Assembly (NCBI GenBank): GCA_964291675.2 | Contig: OZ219865.1 | Span: 544,001 to 608,000, forward strand | DNA: 64,000 nt | Origin: Alphaproteobacteria bacterium | GTDB taxonomy: Bacteria; Pseudomonadota; Alphaproteobacteria; MPNO01 | Direction: 5' to 3' | Part shown: in pieces, positions 60,291-64,000 of the stretch | How positions within the stretch are numbered: position 1 is the stretch's first letter | How the letters are laid out: every line of letters starts with the position of its first letter | Translations under genes and position numbers: made by a program | Notes under the pieces: generated by a model | Told to the model about the DNA's origin: nothing | Seen by the model: the letters and a program-made list of their open reading frames with translations, nothing else | Database searches by the model: none

Positions 60291-62245
60291 GCGGGGCTCG
60301 CGCCGGCCTGGCGGATCGCCTCGAGCGATTCCGGGTTGGCGAGCGAGCCGAGATCGCCCATGGGCTCGCCGGTCAGGGTCGCGCGGACGAGGCGGCGCAT
60401 GATCTTCTGGTTCCTTGTGCGCGGCAGGTCGGGGGCGAGCACGACCCGTTTCGGCCGGTAGGCCGCGCCGAGCCGTGCGACCACGGCATCCGTCAAGGCC
60501 CGCGCCAGGTCTTCTCCGCCGCTTTCCGCCGCCGCTGGAACGCACACGCAGGCGAGCGCCGAGCCCGTCACCGGGTCGGGCACGCCGACGACTGCCGATT
60601 CGGAGACCAGCCCGGTCCCGTTCAGCACCGCCTCGATCTCCGCCGGGCCGGTGCGCTTGCCGGCGATGTTGACGGTGTCGTCGGAGCGCCCGTGCAGGTA
60701 CCAGGAGCCGTCGGCACTGCGCGAGGCGAGGTCGCCCTGCAGCCACAGGCCGGGTATCGTCCGCCAGTACGCTTCGATGTAGCGTTCGGGCTCGTTCCAC
60801 AGCCCGCGCGTCATGCCGATCGAGGGGCAGCGCAACACCAGCTCGCCGACCTCGCCCGGCGGCAGCGAAGCTCCCCCGGCGTCGACGACGTCCGCGCCGC
60901 AGCCCGGCACCTTGTGCGAGAACGCGCAGGGTCCGATGGGTCGCATGAAGCTGCCGATCAGCACGGCGCCGCCGCATTCGGTGCCGCCGGCGTAGTTGAG
61001 GATCGGCAGGCGTTGCTTGCAGACGTGGCGAAAAAACCATTCCCAGGCCTCGCTCGTCCACGGCTCCCCGACCGAGATCGTCGCGCGCAGGGCGGACAGG
61101 TCGAGCCCGGCGAGCGCGGCCTCGCCGCCCGCGCGCATCGCCTGGCGCACCATGGTCGGCACCACGCCCAGGATGGTGACCCCGTGGCGCGCGGCCAGCC
61201 GCCACATGCGGGCCGGGTCCGGCCAGTCGGGGGTGCCTTCGGCGAGCACCAGGGTCGCGCCCATCAGCGCCGCGCTGACCACGATCTTGGGGCCGACGAT
61301 CCAGCCCATGTCGCTCATCCACAACAGTCGGTCGGACGGCTTGAGGTCGATGCACAACCCCATGTCGAGCGCGTTCTTCACCAGGACGCCGCAATGGGTG
61401 TGGATGGTACCCTTGGGCTTGCCGGTGGTGCCGGAGGTGTACATCAGCATCACCGGCGTCTCGGCGCCGAACGCCTGCGTGGGCAGCGCCGGCGGGGCGG
61501 GCAGGAGGCCGGACCGCCAGTCGACATGCCGCGTCCCGGTCTCCCGGCGCGCGTCCCCGCCGCGGCGCAGCACGACGACGGTGTGCACGGTCCCGGCCTC
61601 GGGCAGGGCTTGGGCGACCGTCGCGTCGAGCGCGATCGGCCGGCCGCGCCGCCAGGCGAGATCGGTCGTGACCACCGCGCGGGCGCCGCTGTCCGCCAGG
61701 CGGTCGACCAAAGGCTGCACGCCGAAGCCGGAGAACAGCGGCACGGCGATGGCGCCGATCTTGGCGACGGCGAACAGGGCGGCGGCCGCTTCGGGGACCA
61801 TCGGCATGTAGATCGCAACCGCGTCGCCGTAGCCCACGCCGCGCCCGCCGAGCAGCCCGGCGAGGCGGTCGGTCTCGCGCGACAGCTCGGCATAGCTCCA
61901 GCTCCGCGTCGCGCCGTCCTCCCCCTCCCAGACGATCGCCGGTTTCGACCAGGCCGGCGTGCCGCGATGCCGGTCGAGGCAGTTGGCGGCAAGGTTCGTC
62001 GTCCCGCCGACGCACCATCTCGGCCATTCGATCCCATCCGAGATGTCGAGCACGTCGGTGAACTTCTCGTCGAACCGGATGTCGAAGAAGTCGATCAGCG
62101 ACTCCCAGTACCAGCGCGGCCGCGCCTCGGCCTGGCGCAGCAGGTCGTCGATGTCCGACAGCCCGTGCCGCGCCATGAAGGCGCGCATGCTGGTCTGCCG
62201 GACGACTTCTTCGGTGGGGTGCCAGAGCGGCCCGTCCTCACCCAT
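60287..62245 (-). CDS. AMP-dependent acyl-CoA synthetase (acetate-CoA ligase-like)
   Basis: MYTSGTTGKPKG, SVGEPW, GGTE, GRSDDTVNIAGKRTGPAEIE, LPRTRNQKIMRR. Confidence 0.92.
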   Translation of the reverse strand: MGEDGPLWHPTEEVVRQTSMRAFMARHGLSDIDDLLRQAEARPRWYWESLIDFFDIRFDEKFTDVLDISDGIEWPRWCVGGTTNLAANCLDRHRGTPAWSKPAIVWEGEDGATRSWSYAELSRETDRLAGLLGGRGVGYGDAVAIYMPMVPEAAAALFAVAKIGAIAVPLFSGFGVQPLVDRLADSGARAVVTTDLAWRRGRPIALDATVAQALPEAGTVHTVVVLRRGGDARRETGTRHVDWRSGLLPAPPALPTQAFGAETPVMLMYTSGTTGKPKGTIHTHCGVLVKNALDMGLCIDLKPSDRLLWMSDMGWIVGPKIVVSAALMGATLVLAEGTPDWPDPARMWRLAARHGVTILGVVPTMVRQAMRAGGEAALAGLDLSALRATISVGEPWTSEAWEWFFRHVCKQRLPILNYAGGTECGGAVLIGSFMRPIGPCAFSHKVPGCGADVVDAGGASLPPGEVGELVLRCPSIGMTRGLWNEPERYIEAYWRTIPGLWLQGDLASRSADGSWYLHGRSDDTVNIAGKRTGPAEIEAVLNGTGLVSESAVVGVPDPVTGSALACVCVPAAAESGGEDLARALTDAVVARLGAAYRPKRVVLAPDLPRTRNQKIMRRLVRATLTGEPMGDLGSLANPESLEAIRQAGASPA

Positions 62246-62383
62246 TCGCTTGCGCCGCCTCCGCCGATACCGGAACCGTCAATGCCTATACCGGGAGCGC
62301 GGGCCAGGCAATTGCGGCGCTGGGGCTCCCGGTATAGTCAGTCCGGATTCCCAAAACCCCCACGCGACAGGAGCGATGCGGCC

Positions 62384-63265
62384 ATGAGCAGCCAGACCGA
62401 CGAGCGGAGCTACACCGACATCCTCTACGAGGTAGTCGACAACGTGGCCTGGGTCTCGATCGACCGTCCCCACGTGCTGAACGCGTTCCGCGAACAGACG
62501 CTGGACGAGCTGGCCCATGCGCTTTCCTCGACCCGCGAGGACCCGTCGATCGCCTGCGCCGTGGTCACCGGGGCGGGGGACCGGGCGTTTTCCTCGGGCG
62601 GCGACTTCCGCGCCATGATGCGCCTCAACAAGGCCAACGCCTATATGTGGAACGACCGCATGCTCAAGGTCGCGATGACCATCCGCGGCCTCCCGATCCC
62701 TGTCATCGCCATGGTGCACGGCCCCTGCGTCGGCGGCGGACACGAGCTCGCGCTGTGGTGCGACCTGGTGATCGCGGCGGACGATGCGTATTTCGGCCAG
62801 ACCGGGGCCAGGGTGGGGGCATGCCCCACGGTCGGCGCGACCCAGTACATCCCGCGGCTGATCGGCGAGCGGCTGGCGCGCGAGATGATCTTTCTCTGCC
62901 GCACCTTTGACGCCGAGGAGGCGGTGCGCATCGGGCTGATCAACCGCCGCGTCCCCAAGGCCGAGCTCAGGCAGGCGACGGAGGCGTGGTGCGAGGCGAT
63001 CAAGGGCTATAGCGGCCAGACGCTGCGCGCGACCAAGAAGTCGCTCAACTTCGAGTCCGACCTGCTCTACGCTTCGTGGCAGCAGGGCATGGAGCTGCTC
63101 GCCAATATCTGGGGGACCGAGGAGTCGCTGGAGGGCATGCAGGCGTTTCTCGACCGCCGCAAGCCCGATTTCCAACAGTTCCGCGAACGCAACCGCGAGA
63201 CCGTGCAAGCCTATCTCGACGGCGTCGAGCGCGGCGAGAACCAGGCCCCGCCGAAGCCGCGCTGA
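62384..63265 (+). CDS. Crotonase family, MenB/BadI-like (naphthoate synthase or ring-cleaving hydrolase-like)
   Basis: YTDILYE, RPHVLNAFR, AFSSGGD, VGGGHEL, FGQTGARVG, REMIFLCR, EGMQAFLDRRKPDF. Confidence 0.8.
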   Translation: MSSQTDERSYTDILYEVVDNVAWVSIDRPHVLNAFREQTLDELAHALSSTREDPSIACAVVTGAGDRAFSSGGDFRAMMRLNKANAYMWNDRMLKVAMTIRGLPIPVIAMVHGPCVGGGHELALWCDLVIAADDAYFGQTGARVGACPTVGATQYIPRLIGERLAREMIFLCRTFDAEEAVRIGLINRRVPKAELRQATEAWCEAIKGYSGQTLRATKKSLNFESDLLYASWQQGMELLANIWGTEESLEGMQAFLDRRKPDFQQFRERNRETVQAYLDGVERGENQAPPKPR

Positions 63266-63272
63266 AACGCGC

Positions 63273-64000
63273 TCAGCGCGGCAGCATGAAGGCGAAGTCG
63301 CAGCCCCGGTCGGCCTGCAACACCTCCTCGGCGTAGAGCCGGTCGTAGCCCCGGAGCTCGGACGGGTCTCGGGCGGCCGGCAGCGCGCGCCGTCGGCGCT
63401 CGAGCTCCGGCTCGTCGACCAGGAGGTCGATCCTGCGTTCGGCGACCGAGAGGCGGATCCGGTCGCCCGAGCGCACCAGCGCGAGCGGGCCGCCAACCGA
63501 GGCTTCCGGCGTGACGTGGAGCACGATGGTGCCGTAGGCCGTGCCCGACATGCGCGCATCCGAGATCCGCACCATGTCGCGCACGCCCTCGGCGGCGAGC
63601 CGGGCCGGGATGGGCAGGTAGCCTGCCTCGGGCATTCCCGACGGGCTCTTGGGGCCGGCATTCTGCAGGACGAGAAAATCCTCGGGCGCCACGTCGAGCT
63701 CCGGGTCGTCGATGCGCCCGGCGAGGTCCTGCAGCGAGGAGAACACCACCGCCCTTCCCTCGCGCTCGAACAGCGCCGGATCGGCGGCGGAGCGCTTGAG
63801 GATCGCCCCGCCGGGGGCGAGCGAGCCGAACAGGGCGACCAGCCCGCCCTCGGGCTCCAACGGCGCCGAGGCGGCGGCGATCGCCGTCCGGTCGACCGGC
63901 CCCGCTTCCCGTTCCAGCCGTTCGCCGAGGGTCTCGCCGGCCACCGTCCGGCAGTCGAGGTTGAGCAGGGGGCGGAGCTCGCGCAGCACCGCGCCCATGC
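63273..64000 (-). CDS. IlvD/Edd family dehydratase (N-terminus outside the window)
   Basis: LFGSLAPGGAILK, GMPEAG, DMVRISDARMSGTAYGTIVLHVTPEA, VLQADRGCDF. Confidence 0.92.
   Translation of the reverse strand, partial: MGAVLRELRPLLNLDCRTVAGETLGERLEREAGPVDRTAIAAASAPLEPEGGLVALFGSLAPGGAILKRSAADPALFEREGRAVVFSSLQDLAGRIDDPELDVAPEDFLVLQNAGPKSPSGMPEAGYLPIPARLAAEGVRDMVRISDARMSGTAYGTIVLHVTPEASVGGPLALVRSGDRIRLSVAERRIDLLVDEPELERRRRALPAARDPSELRGYDRLYAEEVLQADRGCDFAFMLPR

Noticed and set aside
58836-63265. Very long ORFs 58836..62027 (-) and 59366..63265 (+)
   Set aside because: Arg/Gly/Pro-rich shadow frames of real genes. Only 62384-63265 of the latter is a genuine CDS.

Overview
GC-rich alphaproteobacterial chromosome segment; Rhodospirillales-like gene order is inferred. 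The housekeeping backbone comprises merR-ihfA-fabH-plsX-rpmF-yceD, bamE, hppA, thiL-nusB-ribH-ribB-ribE-ribD-nrdR-glyA-rpiB, mucR, thrH, ribA, a DacA-type carboxypeptidase and three tRNAs (Pro-GGG, Ser-UGA, Lys-UUU). Accessory features of note: (1) a ~10.1 kb element integrated in tRNA-Lys with clear att repeats. It carries an integrase, an iteron-containing replication gene and a head-only packaging module (lambda-type portal, GpA-type terminase and gpW-like protein combined with an HK97-type capsid and protease), with no tail or lysis genes, so it is a candidate new type of capsid-forming phage satellite. (2) A frameshifted IS110 recombinase with a structured ~340-nt upstream non-coding end (candidate bridge RNA), abutting a 4x330-bp tandem array of REP-like palindromes. 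(3) A SelW/Rdx-type selenoprotein (CxxU, in-frame TGA) that the ORF track splits. (4) A catabolic-type reductive dehalogenase, plus a separate pair of QueG/RdhA-like Fe-S proteins coupled to an aryl-CoA ligase. (5) A bufferin-type (DUF2282/DUF692/DUF2063/DoxX) RiPP cluster. (6) A cassette-like cluster of small membrane-anchored coiled-coil ORFs with a duplicated upstream element next to tRNA-Pro. All calls come from reading motifs and gene context by eye; no searches were run.
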